Assembly (NCBI GenBank): GCA_964016885.1
Contig: OZ024740.1
Coordinates: 342,550,001-342,614,000, forward strand
DNA from: Eledone cirrhosa
Lineage: Eukaryota
Length of the DNA: 64,000 nt
Direction: 5' to 3'
Positions within the stretch are counted from its first letter, which is position 1. The number at the start of each line of letters is the position of its first letter. The notes beneath the pieces were generated by a model. It searched no databases. It was not told the origin of the DNA and was given only the letters and a program-made list of their open reading frames with translations. The translations under genes were made by a program, and so were the position numbers. Of this stretch, positions 52,701 through 64,000 are shown one piece after another.

Positions 52701-55700
52701 AAATTTTTTGAGGCAATTTTTCTATGGTCAGATGCCTTTCATAACACCAACATACAGGATGTCCCCAAAAGATGTATACGCATTTCAACAGCATTCTAAT
52801 AAATATGTGTATACACATTTGGGACACCCTGTATACGTTATTTCTAACTATATGGTATATATATTGGACAAAGATGCAAGGACTCCTCCTCTTTATTTCG
52901 GCCGCGGATGGCCAACATAACCCCATCTCCCTCACCCCTCCCTGCGCCCCACCGTTCCCACCCACCAAACGCAATCCCAAACTTACCAAAATACACCCCC
53001 GTCCCACTACCCCCACCCCATCCACACCACCCCCTTCTGATGTAAAGTTATGTTGGTACCACAACATCCAGTCCTAAATAAATGAGGTCGTGTAGGTGTC
53101 ACAACAAAAAAACCACACTGTCCACACTGTAATGTGGCCGTGTAGGTAACACAGTAAAAACCTCCCAGTCCACACTGTAAACGTGGTTGGTGTTAGGAAG
53201 GGCATCCAGCCGTAGAAAATCCATCAGACAGTCCTATACGAGCAAGACAACCAATCTTGCCCCAAGTGGGAAAATTCCCGTCCAAACCCATGCCAGCGTG
53301 GAAGATGGACGTTAAACGATGATGATGATGATGATGATGATGATTGCTAATTTTTTTTGTTGAGTCATATTATTTATGCAGGATTTACACACTTTATTTT
53401 AATGTTATTGATATGAAGATAAATAGTAAGCTGACATAAAAGGATGATGATATGACAGACTTTGTACAATTTCCATTCAATTTCATCCCCAAAGCATTGC
53501 TCAGCCTGAGGCTAGAGTAGAAGACGCTTGCTCCATATGTTACACATCATCATCATCATTTAACGTCCATTTTTCCATGCTAGTATAGGTTAGACAAGTT
53601 GTCCTGTTGTGAGACGAGTCAGATCAGATGACAATGTCTTTCTCATACAGAACTGATTTTGGCTTGGTTTCTACAGCTGGATGCCCTTCCTAATGCCAGC
53701 CACATTTACAGTGTACATTGGGTGCTTTTTATTGTGACACCTATATGATCAATTTACAGTGGACTGGGTGTTCTTTGTCATTACACCTATATGACCATTT
53801 TACAGTGTTGACTGGCCACTTTTTGTTGTGACACCTATATGATCACTTTATAGAGTGGGCTGGGTGCTTTTTGTTGTGTCACCAATTCAACCACTTTACA
53901 GCAAAACCAAAAACCATGTAATTGTAAAGCAAACTTCTTAACTACAGTCATATCTGCACCCAATATTTATAATATAATAATAGAATATGAATGGAATAGA
54001 AATATGATATGAAAACAGTATAAAACATCCAAAACTTTTACAAAATTTTTCAAGTCAAAAATATTTATCCTTCTTTTACCTTGGTCTTCTCATATGGGTG
54101 AATCGCAAGTATCTCGGCATGAAATCTATCACAGGTGAGACTGCAGAAACTATCCATTCATTTGACTTTTTACAGTCAAAATATGGCCGAGTAAATCTAA
54201 CCGGAAGTTCTTCATCCAAAGAATGCTGACCAGGAAGAGCAGGTCCAAAGAAAACCGAAATATTAAAATGATCACTGATGAACTGTCCTGGTCTGTTTGA
54301 ATATTTTATGCCCACTGAATACTTATATTTCGTCAAAGAGTCCTTACTCTTATACACATCAGGCATATTCCATAAAGAATACCAAATATTTGTTTTACTC
54401 CATCTGCTTGTGTAATTGTCATAACCTAAATAAAAAATAGAAACCACAGTGTAGTATATCAATGAGAAGAATAATACTCGTCCGAAACTATTATTATTGT
54501 AGATTGGTAATATCGGTAGAGAGTTGGATGCCATGCTTTGCAGCAAAGAGTTACAGTCCCTTATGGTCCGAGTTCAAATCCCGCCGAAGTTAAATTTGCC
54601 TTTCATCTTTATGGGGTTGATAAAATAAAGCACCAGTAATGCACTGGAGTAATTGCTGGCCTTGTGCCAAAAGTAGAAACAATTATTGTAATTGTTATAA
54701 AATGTCCTTTTTATAAAGATTAACTCTGTCAGTACCAAAATACCAACTAATATATTGTTTATCTCCCACCATTTTTAAATGCCAAAAATATACCCCTTTA
54801 GTATTTAAACCGACCATATCCAGCCAGAATTCTCTCGCCTCTTTCTTTTCAAATCAGCTATAACTGGCTGCTCATACTTATGTTAAGATATTGTTCTCAA
54901 AATAAATAATCTCAAAATCTTGTAGATTTGATATTATGTGAAATAATTATGTGAAATAAAGTGTTTACCATGAAAATATAATAGTAAATATAGAGTAATG
55001 TAAATGCTAAAGGAGTACTGGTGTGTTTTACTTTAGTTTGTGAAGTGCATGCCAAGATAAAGTAAATAAAGAAAATTTGAAATATCTATTTTATTTTACT
55101 TTTTGCAATGCTTTGAAAAATGCAGATATTAACATGTAGTAACTGTTTGGGGCAGTAGAGTACAAAAAAACCAGCACTGGCATTCAAAGAGTTAAAGGTG
55201 AGATACAGTTCTTTATTCTACATAGATAATTTCATTGACATTTATTTGCTCATTTTCTTTTGCATTTCTCATTGAATAAATTAGAAGGTATGTAGAGTAG
55301 ATTACCAAATGTAAATATAATAATTCAGGCTACCAAATTAACAATGTACTCACTTCCAAGTTGGTGTCAGAAAGATTATTTATAAATCATTTGCTCTATC
55401 TTTGAGGTAAAGTATCTAAATTTGTAGTATATATCAAATGCTGGTGAAAGGAAATGGATGTGGAAAGAAAGGAATCTAATTGAAATAAATTACACATATT
55501 AGCACAAAATTAGTATTGATGTATACATGTATATTTGTAGGGGTGTGAAATGCTGCATGTGATTTAACTACAGAACTTTCCCTGGGCTTGTAATTTGCAG
55601 CACACCCTAAAACTCACACACACACACACATATATATATATATGCATAGACACACATGCACAAATACACACATATGCATATACATGCACACAGACAGAAA

Positions 55701-57840
55701 GAGCAGCACATGATTAAGTATATAGGGCAGGTTGGTCTTTAAAGCTAACTGGTGAAATCAATTAATGTTTTGTTTACTCATTACTTGAATAATTTTAGTA
55801 GGCTGAATATTTTCAGCTCTCTATGTGACATATGTGAGACCCTACTGTAGAGATGTATGCATATATATTATATAAGGAGGAGAAGGCGCAAAACAAAAAT
55901 ACAATATATTGAAACAGGTTTGAAATTTGTACCAAAAATTAAATAAACAAGAGCAACCTACCAGCAGCGCCTATGAGAGGGGGGGGGGGGGGGGGGTCCA
56001 GCCAATACTTTGTTCTGGGGTCCAAAAGCTAAGAAGGTCCCACAACAACCATTTTGAGAAAAATCTTTGTCGGCTTCAGGCCCCAAATGGGTCTTGTACC
56101 ACCTTGCAAAATTTCTCTTGGAGGCCCTGCCTACCAGTACACAAGTGAGAAACTGCCACCTAAGTAGGAATAGGGTGCTCCATGAGCCTGACCCCTTCTC
56201 AGACAGATCACATTCTGCAAACTGGGTCCTCTGTAATTACCAGAGAATTTTTTGACCTTAGCCAGGCTGAGCAGTGATACCTTAGCTGTCGATAGATTGC
56301 TGATGGGATCTCTAACCGCCATCTATCCTTTCAGGGATCAGGGTATACCCTATCACATCCTCAGTAAATATAGTATGTAGCTTTTCCTCTTTTAGTTTTA
56401 TCACCAAATCAAATAATCTGTGGGTACGCCTTCAGATTACTCCAAAATTTAGGTACCCCATTAGAAGTGGGCGTCTTTTAGGGAGCAACTTCCAGTCTCT
56501 TAATTGTCTTTTACCTGAGATTTTAATTACTGTTTCCTATGGGTTACCTCACCTTTCTCCAGTCTCTGTCTAAGGGTTCTCAAACTCAAGGACTCAAAAG
56601 AGCCATTACATCCTAGGGGAGAAGCACAGCAGGCCAAAAGTAAGCTGAAGGGTGCTAATCTGATCTGCAATACAGCTGATTGACTGGTATTTATTTTTTT
56701 TTTATCAAAATGAATACACATATGATAATAAGTGGAATATATGATTAGCATAAAATGTTAGGGTACAAATTATCCATTTCAAAATTTCCTTAATTCCGTT
56801 TTTGATTTTGGTAAATTCCTTTTTTTTCCATTTTCATTTTTGATAAATTTTGTTTTATTTTTTCCCATTTTATTATATTTCATGGGTAAATTTCAATAAA
56901 TTGTGCTATAGATATTATCAAAAGAGGAAGAAATTACCAAGTTTTAAAAATAAATATTAGTCATGAAAATTGTTTTGCTGTGGGCCATACAAAAGTAGTT
57001 GGTGGGCTGTGAGTTTGAGACCCTGGCTCTATTGCCAATTTATCGCCTTGTAATGATGAATCGATGAAAGGAGACTGCTGCTTAGAGTATCTGGTGGGGC
57101 CTGTGTTGGAGAAGGAAACTATTGCTGCAAGGAGTATCTGGTATGGCCTGTTAATAGCATTAACAGCAGCAATAACAATAGCAACAAAAACCATGGACTT
57201 CACCTTAGGGCTTTGCTGTTGCTGCCTCTGCTACTCTTTGTCCTTACCTTTAACCTTTTTTGCCTCCTTTCTCCCTCAAGTGGTTCCTACACCCACAAAC
57301 ATAGCAAATTGATCTTCTGCTCTGCACAGCCAATCTGATTGACTGTCTCTCCACTCCCTTAATGTGGTATAACTCCAGAATAGTCTTGTTGGCTTCAGGG
57401 TCATCAGAACTTATATGTCCATGCAGACTGCCACTAAATCACATGTGGGTTTTTTTTTTTATTATTTTTGTTTTTATTGTGCTTCCCAAATTATAACTGT
57501 TTATGTTTATTTGACATTTAGCAAGAGGGGGATCTTTTTTTGCAAACTATCTTTGTATCTGAAAGTATTTTTCACACTGAGGATGAAGACATTTTAATTG
57601 TTTCCAATCTGGCCAATGCCAAAACTTGTGAGAAGTGGTGCTTAGGAAGCAACAATTGTAGTAACCTATGTTTTCACCATGGGATCTACTATTATTATTG
57701 CTTCTGCCTCTACAGCATCCTGAAAATGGCCTTACTAAGCACTGCACACATATTACAAAGCATATTCTCAATACAATAGAAATAACAACACTGCACATAA
57801 CCAAGGCACACAGAGCTGTGCTCAGTAATGCAGTAACCAC

Positions 57841-57893
<53 letters not shown>

Positions 57894-60800
57894 TTCTTTA
57901 TTGGCCACAAGGGCTGACATCAAGAAAAACATTACAAACGGCACAGGACGGTACATGACGGTACGATGTGGGTTTTGTGCGTGTAAATATTTTTATTATT
58001 TATATAAGAGAAGAAAAAAAAAAGACATAGAAACATATATATAAACAATAAAAATGAAAATTGAAACAATGAAAAATTCCCCAATAGGGGGGGGAAACCT
58101 CCGAGGGTTACTCGTGGCGAAAACCACACAAAAGACCACGGCCACCCTGACCACCAGGGCAAGCGCCCTCTCTCAATTTTTCCATTTCTCAAACTATAGG
58201 CGTATATTCAGAGCGGTCCAGTTCACTCGGACCATTCTCACTACATTCACCCACCTTTCAACAAACTTGCTAGAGGGCAGCACTTGCCTCTCCACCCTGA
58301 TTTTCCTCTTCAAGTGAAACTTGAAAAAGTTAATTAGGGATTTGCCGAAGAGGAAAGTGTCTGTCTTTAACCCTTTCCACCTTGTCCACCACACAATCTC
58401 TTTCGCCATGGCCACCAGGCAAATGAAAACCGCCTGCCCTTCCTCCTCGAAGGAAGACGGCGAGACCATCTGCACAATGGACTCAGTCGATAACCGGATC
58501 AGTCCTACACGCGACAGCAACTGTTCGACATAGCTCCACAAGTCAGCAATGCTCGGGCACTGAACGAGTGCGTGCACGACGGTTTCGTCGCTCTGCGCGC
58601 ATCTCGGACAGGCTCGGCTGACGGCACTTCCGTGCCTGTAGAGCTTATCTCGAACCGGCAGCGCTCCCCGGTAGTACTGCCAGGCCAGGGATTTTTAATA
58701 ATAATAATAATGCTTTCTTTATTAACCACAAGGGTTTACACAAAGTAGACATTAAGGACAGTACAGGACAATACAGGTACAAATGGGCATTTCTGCAAAT
58801 AAAAAAAACAAAAAAACAGAGGATGTAATAATGAAAAATTCCCCAATAGGGGGGAGACTTCCGAGGGCCATCGAGGAGAAAACCCATTAAAAAAAGCCAC
58901 GGTGACCCTGACCACCAGGGCAATTGTCCTCTCCCAGTTTTCCACCTTCAATTTACAGGCATATACTCAGAGTAGGTCCATTCACTTGAGCCATACTTGC
59001 CTCTCTCACCCATCTGTCAACAAAAAGCTGGGAAGAGAGCACCTCCCTCTCTACTCTGATTTTCCTTTTCAAATGAAATTGGAAAAAGTTAATCAGGGCA
59101 TCACCGAAGAGGTAAGTGCTCATCTTCAGCCCTTTCAGACGCGTCCGCCATACTATCTCTTTCGCCATGGCCACCAGACAGATAAAAACTGCATGCCCTT
59201 CCCGGTTAAAGGAAGAGGGCAGGGAAATCCTCACGATGGACTCAGCTGATAGTCGGATCCATTCTACACGTGACAGCAGGTGTTCAACATAAATCCACAA
59301 GTCAGCAATGCTCGGACACTGGACGAGTGCATGCAGGACGGTTTCGTCGCCCTGCGCGCATCTCAGACATGCCCGGCTGACGGCACCTCCATGCCTGTAG
59401 AGTTGTTTATCCCAAACTGGCAAAGCTCCTCGGTAGCACTGCCAGGCCAGGGATTTCTGGAAGTTGTCCATAGGCCTTGGCATGAAAGTTCTTCCAAAGA
59501 GATTGGCTAGTTGATTTTCGTCGATGCCTAGTTTCCCCAAGTATGTCGTCGCTCTTCCCCTCCACTAATCCTCTATAGAATGCCAAGGTGGAATTTTCAC
59601 CAATCACATTGCCCAATTGGTCGAGGGCTGTGAGCGCCTGAAGACATTCCAGTCTCTAAGCGCTCCCTCTCGGTCTTCGCTTGATCCAGGACTGCAGCTC
59701 CGTCAAGGAGATGAGCTGGGGAAAGACGCATCTAGCAAATGCCGACCACACCTGATCACCGTCGAGGAAGAGGTGGAGATGTCGTAGCCTGAGCATCATA
59801 AGCCACAGCATGCCCAGCCCTCCATGTAGCGGGTGTTGACAGCAGATGGACCGCCTGACCATCGGAGCGCATCCCTTCCACAAAAAGCGGAAGAGCAAAC
59901 ACTCCAGCGCAGTCAGGTGAGGCTTAGGACAAGGCACGACGGTCAGGCGGTAGTAGATGACGGACGCGATGTACGCGTTAACCACCTCCGCTTGACCTTT
60001 CAGGGATAGCTTACTCTCCGCCCATTTCTGGGTGAGAGAAGCCACCCTGCTCATCACCTCGTCCCAGTTTTTGTCCGTCTGGAGGCCCGGACCGAACCAG
60101 ACCCCTAGCAATTTAACCGGTCCATCCGTCCAGCGCCTGACGACGCCATTGGATGGCATGGACATGCTTCTCCAGGTGCCGAGCTGCAGGCCCACCGACT
60201 TTTCCTGATTGATCATTGCTCCTGTCACAGCGTCGTATTCTCTTAGTGTAGTGCCAATCGCCTCGATGTGTTTGGCGTTCGACACCACTACGGTGACATC
60301 GTCCGCATATTCTGACATGGATCTTCCGCATCCTAGTTCACACGCCCCCCCCCCCTCAACGTCTCCAGTTTGTGCAGTAATGGCTCGAGAGTCAATACGT
60401 ACAAGAGGGACGAGAGGGGACATCCTTGGCGGACCGAGCGCATGATGTTGAATGGTTCCGAAAGGTGACCGTTCACTCTCACCACAGAGCAGATGTCGCT
60501 GTGCATGGCAGAGATCGAGCCTCTGAAGACGGGCCCAAAGCCAGACGCCAGATAACGATGGTCGACCCTATCAAAAGCTTTCGACTGATCTAAATTGATC
60601 AAGGACCCACCCGTGCCAGGTTCCCTAGCTACCCGCTCCACAATGTATCGCATGAGGTGGAGGTTGTCGTGGATGGATCTGTCGGGAATGGCGCATGTCT
60701 GCGCCTCTCCTACCAGACCACCAACGACAAGCGCCAACCTCTTTGCTAGCACCTTGACCAAAATCTTGAACTCTGTGTTTAGAAGAGTTATGGGCCTGAA

Positions 60801-63800
60801 ATTATCTATGTTATTCCCCTTGTTCGGATCCTTTTTCAGCAGCACCACCGTTTCTCGGCTCACAGAGCTGGGAATTCTCCCGTTCTGTTGCCAGTTGCAG
60901 TAGACGTCCGCCAAGAGGCCTCCGAACAAGTCTGGCATCTGTACGTAAAGTTCATAGGGCAGACCATCCGATTTACCCTTTGTGCAGCCAGTCATTGCCT
61001 CCCATACTTCAGCTGCTGTTATCGGCTTTTCGCAACACTCTGCCTCAGTGGCCGAGAGCCGCGGCAGTCCGTCAAGGTAGACACTAAAGTCCATCCCTCG
61101 ATCCGGCCCACCGCTGCCCCCCGATAACTGGATCCGTCCTACATGCGACAGCAACTGTTCGACATAGCTCCACAAGTCCGCAATCTTCGGACACTGAATG
61201 AGTGTGTGCAGGACAGTTTTGTCACCCTGCGCGTATCTCGGACAGGTTCAGCTGACAGCACTTCCATACCTGTAGAGCTTATCTTGAACTGGCAACGCTC
61301 CGCGGTAGCAATGCCAGGCCGGAGATTTCTGGACGTTGTCCATAGGCCCCGGGCTGAAAGTTCTCTTGAAGATAGCGAATAGCTGATCATCTTCGATGCC
61401 CATCGTCTCACTCAAAACGTCATCGCTCTTCCCCTCCATTAGTCCTCTATAGAACGCTAAGTTGTAGTTCCACCGATGCTAGTGCCCAGCTGGTAGAAGG
61501 CTATGAGCGCTTGGAGACATTCCAGTTTCCAAGCGCTATCCCTCTGTCTTTTCCTGATCCAGGACTGCAGCTCCGTTAATGAGACGAGCTGGGGAAAACA
61601 CGTCTGGCAAACGGCGACCACACCTGTTCACCATCAAGGAAGCCCCAGAGATGTCGCAGCCTCAGTGCATGTTTGCGTATCATCAGCCACAGTCCTCTGT
61701 GCAACGGGTGCTGACAGCAGATGGATCGTCTGACCATGGGAGCACATCCCTTCTATAAAAAGCAGATGGGGAGGCGCTCCATTTTTGTCAGAGTTGGGCT
61801 GTGGCAAAGCACAACGGTTAGGCAGTAAAGATGACAGATGCAATGAACGCATTCGCCACCTCTGCCCTAACAACAGTAATAATAGTATAATAATAATTGT
61901 TTCTACTTTTGGCACAAGGCCAGCAATTACCCAGTGCATTACTGGTACTTTATTTTATCGACCCCCGTAAGGATGAAAGGCAAAGTTAACCTCGACAGGA
62001 TTTGAACTCAGAATAGCAAGGGCCGTAACTCTATGCGTCAAAGCATGGCATCCGACCCTCTACCAATACTGCCAATCCACCGCCATAATAGTATAATAAT
62101 AATTGTTTCTACTTTTGGCACATGGCCAGCAATTACCCAGTACATTACTGGTACTTTATTTTATCGACCCCGTAAGGATGAAAGGTAAAGTTAACCTCGG
62201 CGGGATTTGAACTCAGAATAGCAAGGGCCGTAACTCTATGCGGCAAAGCATGGCGTCTGACCCTCTACCGATACTGCCAATCCAGGCACAAGGTTAGCAG
62301 TTTGAGTGGAGGGAAAGCGAATTAAATTGACCCCAGTACATAACTGCTTCTTTATACTATTGACCCACAGTTAATCTCAGAATTTAAAGAGTCAGAACAA
62401 ATACAAGTCGATAGGGTTTCTAATTTAAGCATAAGGCCAGCAACTACATGTAATAATAATGGTTTCTGATTAAAGCACAAGGCCAAAGGTTTTGGGGGAG
62501 GGAAAGTTGATTAAGCCTTAAGCATTTAAACCTGCCATATCCATCCAGAATTCTCTCACCTCTTTCCATTCAAAGCGGCTGTGACCGGCCACTCATACTG
62601 ATGTTAAGGTATTGTTCTCAAAATAAATATCAAAATCTCATAGATTCGATATGAGATATTATGTGAGATAAAGCCTTTACCATAAAATATAATAGTAAAT
62701 ATAGAGTAACGTAAATGCTAAAGGGTTAAATCAATCCCAGGACATTACTGGTTCTTTACTTTATTGAGCCCATAAGGATGAAAGGCAAAGTTGAACACAG
62801 AATGTAAAGGGATGTAGCTCTATGCTGCAAAGCTCTACCAATCCACTGCCTTGCATTTTCTTGAATTACCATAACAATGGTTTCTGCACAAGGCCAACAA
62901 TTTTTGGGAGGAGAAATCGATTAAATCAACCCCAGTTCATTACTTGTGTTTTATTTTATTGTCCCTATAAGGATGAAAGGCAAAGCTAACCATGGCGGGA
63001 TTTGAACCCTGAATGTAAAGGGTCGTAACTATATGCCACAAAGCATGTTGTCCGACGCTCTACCGATACTGCCAATCCATAACAATATTAAAAAGTAAAG
63101 ACCCTTTTCTGTTGTGAATGATCATGGATTTTGCACCTAGAAAGTTTCCCTCCAAGACATAAGCCTAGGTAAGATGTTTTTGTGGACCAGCAGCAGTCTG
63201 GGTGTCGAACTCACAACCTCACGATTGTGAATCCAACTCTCTAACCTTGGTAACTCTTGAGGGAGTCGTAGTGGCAGTGTATTGACATATGGCATAATAT
63301 ACAACAGTACTAAAACAACAACAACAATAATAATGGTTTCTGAGTTAGGCACAAGGCCAGCAATTTTGGAGGAGGGGAAAGTTGATTAAATCGACCCCAG
63401 TGTATTACTGGCACTTTATTTTATCGACCCCGTAAGGATGAAAGGCAAAGCTAAATAATGTTAATAATGTTGGTCAGTGTAATGAGAAAAAAATAAATAT
63501 AATAAACAAAAAAAAGCTTATGTTTACCTGTTCCCATGTCAGAAACTTTTGTCGATGTCAATGTTGGTTCATGTAAGAAATTTTTTGAATCTCTTGTGTC
63601 ATCGTATCTCCAAGCTGATGGTGCAAACAATGGTAGAGTCCTGTTAAATGGGTAAATCCCTATCCAATTTGGATAATGACAGTTGTTGTCAAAATATATG
63701 GAACTTCCATTGACAAGGTTAGGGTTAGAGTTAACATTAGCAGTAACACTCATATAAAGATACAACCATCCAGGTAGATTGGGGAAATCCTTTGACTGAT

Positions 63801-64000
63801 TAAACTTTTGTAGAATAAAACTGTGAAAGTAGGCTCTATTTAGTGCTAAGTTGTGTAAATGAAGCAATCCAGTTCTGTTGCGATAAAAAACTTTGCTCAA
63901 GAGATTATTGTATTTTGGTATCTGTGAAACAGTTCCAGGCCTCAGGAGAATATCAGACATCGATTTTGAACGACAGTTTTCTGCATTGACATTTTTCATA
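40693..64000 (-). CDS. Gene 2 (5'-incomplete): protein with tandem GPR158/GPR179-type Cache+EGF ectodomains, a putative GPI anchor and no 7TM. complement(join(40693..40798,42069..42223,45105..45219,47614..48448,49741..49906,51614..51740,54080..54425,63528..>64000))
   Basis: All introns are GT-AG with compatible phases (1,2,0,1,2,0,2), giving an ORF of about 773 aa. Motifs ALRLAHFLSSFLQ, FGPWAYR, GRWSGPTYRC..WVITYTVPFF, LDINQC and GFGFSLGNYACKCKQGYEYP match the GPR158-family ectodomain as I recall it. Confidence 0.85.
42069..42223 (-). CDS. Gene 2 exon: EGF-like/Cys-rich part of module 2
   Basis: ttacag|CSPLRGFGFSLGNYACKCKQGYEYPFEDEQSWFEGVSLELEWLKKKQGEPN. AG|gtaagt. Confidence 0.88.
43430..43930 (+). 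mobile_element. Possible Helentron/DINE-like non-autonomous element
   Basis: Internal direct repeats (ttacaggccctaatgcaaccaaaatgct twice; aaaaaatcggttgggt twice) ending in (GACA)n. Confidence 0.4.
45105..45219 (-). CDS. Gene 2 exon: end of Cache / start of EGF-like region, module 2
   Basis: ttctag|A GLVLVDIDLKFLDINQCQKPFYTANAFKNTALCPASTK|gtaagt. Confidence 0.88.
46982..47465. repeat. Imperfect (GAT/GGT)n microsatellite
   Basis: Seen directly. Intronic. Confidence 0.95.
47614..48448 (-). CDS. Gene 2 exon: linker and Cache domain of module 2
   Basis: 835-nt open exon. RQRR, YGAESQFEPQARTALRLAHFLSSFLQ, WVITYTVPFF. AT|gtaagt. Confidence 0.9.
48701..49111. mobile_element. hAT-Charlie-type MITE
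   Basis: TIRs CAGAGGTTCTCAAA / TTTGAGAACCTCTG. 8-bp target duplication GTCTATGT / GTCTAGGT. Confidence 0.8.
49741..49906 (-). CDS. Gene 2 exon: EGF-like/Cys-rich part of module 1
   Basis: tttcag|CKHVPGFGFKRGGYKCVCNRGYKYPSYIKPPFHGTNIEQATEEEYKNGFTCTPIQ. C|gtaagt. Confidence 0.88.
51285..51491. mobile_element. piggyBac-type MITE of about 200 bp (representative copy of a family)
   Basis: TTAA-CCCTTTAGCATTTA...TAAATGCTAAAGGG-TTAA. Related copies near 9430-9543, 13146-13362, 15833-16020, 19747-19917, 40917-41178, 50647-50865, 54790-55012 and 62514-62729. Confidence 0.75.
51614..51740 (-). CDS. Gene 2 exon: end of Cache / start of EGF-like region, module 1
   Basis: ccctag|A IVALITMDTYFRKIDFNACPLSIGNPPPNYLAGIDRCKPTTK|gtaaga. 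Confidence 0.88.
52905..53343 (+). mobile_element. RTE LINE 3' UTR fragment
   Basis: Matches the 3' UTR of the RTE copies at 24330-24713 and 36845-37200. (GAT)n tail. Confidence 0.85.
54080..54425 (-). CDS. Gene 2 exon: Cache domain of module 1, C-terminal half
   Basis: atttag|GT. YDNYTSRWSKTNIWYSLW...PVRFTRPYFDCKKSNEWIVSAVSPVIDFMPRY. AG|gtaaaa. Confidence 0.9.
57716..57893 (+). mobile_element. R4/Dong-like LINE 3' end followed by (TAA)n
   Basis: KMALLSTAHILQSIFSIQ* resembles the C-terminus of restriction-like-endonuclease LINEs. A short UTR is followed by (TAA)n. Confidence 0.55.
57891..61867 (-). mobile_element. Cluster of three truncated Tx1/L1-clade LINE copies (57891-58690, 58712-61120, 61121-61867)
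   Basis: NFRPITLLN, DQSKAFDRVDH, VRQGCPLS and YADD (RT). CLRCAQGDETVLHALVQCP (zf-RVT CCHC). AATAAA plus (TTA)n tails on two copies. Confidence 0.9.
61896..63450 (-). mobile_element. Cluster of Nin-type tRNA SINE copies and fragments
   Basis: Two near-identical full copies (61896-62085, 62101-62285) plus several partial copies. Same family as the copies at 2057, 52376 and 54500. Confidence 0.8.
63528..64000 (-). CDS. Gene 2 exon (cut by the window edge): module 1, N-terminal half
   Basis: NRTGLLHLHNLALNRAYFHSFILQK, PGWLYLYMSVTANV, TLPLFAPSAWR, VSDMGT G|gtaaac. Phase 1 matches the next exon. Confidence 0.88.

Noticed and set aside
56130-57420. Possible old LINE endonuclease remnant
   Set aside because: Only faint motif similarity, not enough to call by eye.
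40693-64000. Calling gene 2 GPR158/GPR179 or a CACNA2D subunit
   Set aside because: No 7TM exons follow and no VWA domain is visible. Only the ectodomain family is supported.

Overview
Eukaryotic, AT-rich, repeat-dense genomic DNA. The SINE, RTE and Dong repeat families and the (TA)n/(CAT)n microsatellites suggest an octopod cephalopod (inference). Two convergent multi-exon genes were rebuilt by hand from splice sites and intron phases, and both lack their 5' ends. Gene 1 (+ strand, 10 exons, 3215-31496, about 687 aa visible) encodes a type I membrane protein: about 7 EGF repeats, a SEA-like domain, one TM helix and a cytoplasmic tail of about 245 aa rich in Tyr and Pro motifs. Gene 2 (- strand, 8 exons, >64000-40693, about 773 aa visible) encodes two tandem GPR158/GPR179-type Cache+EGF ectodomain modules joined by an RQRR site. 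It ends in a GPI-anchor-like hydrophobic tail rather than a 7TM domain. Introns and the intergenic space hold RTE LINEs with a PHD-type finger (one pair is inverted), a Tx1/L1 LINE cluster, a gag-like LINE ORF1, a hAT remnant, MITEs, tRNA-derived Nin-type SINEs and a 4.4 kb array of a 29-bp satellite. They also hold several short, mostly degenerate, Penelope-type hammerhead ribozyme motifs set between microsatellites. No CRISPR array, rRNA or true tRNA was found.
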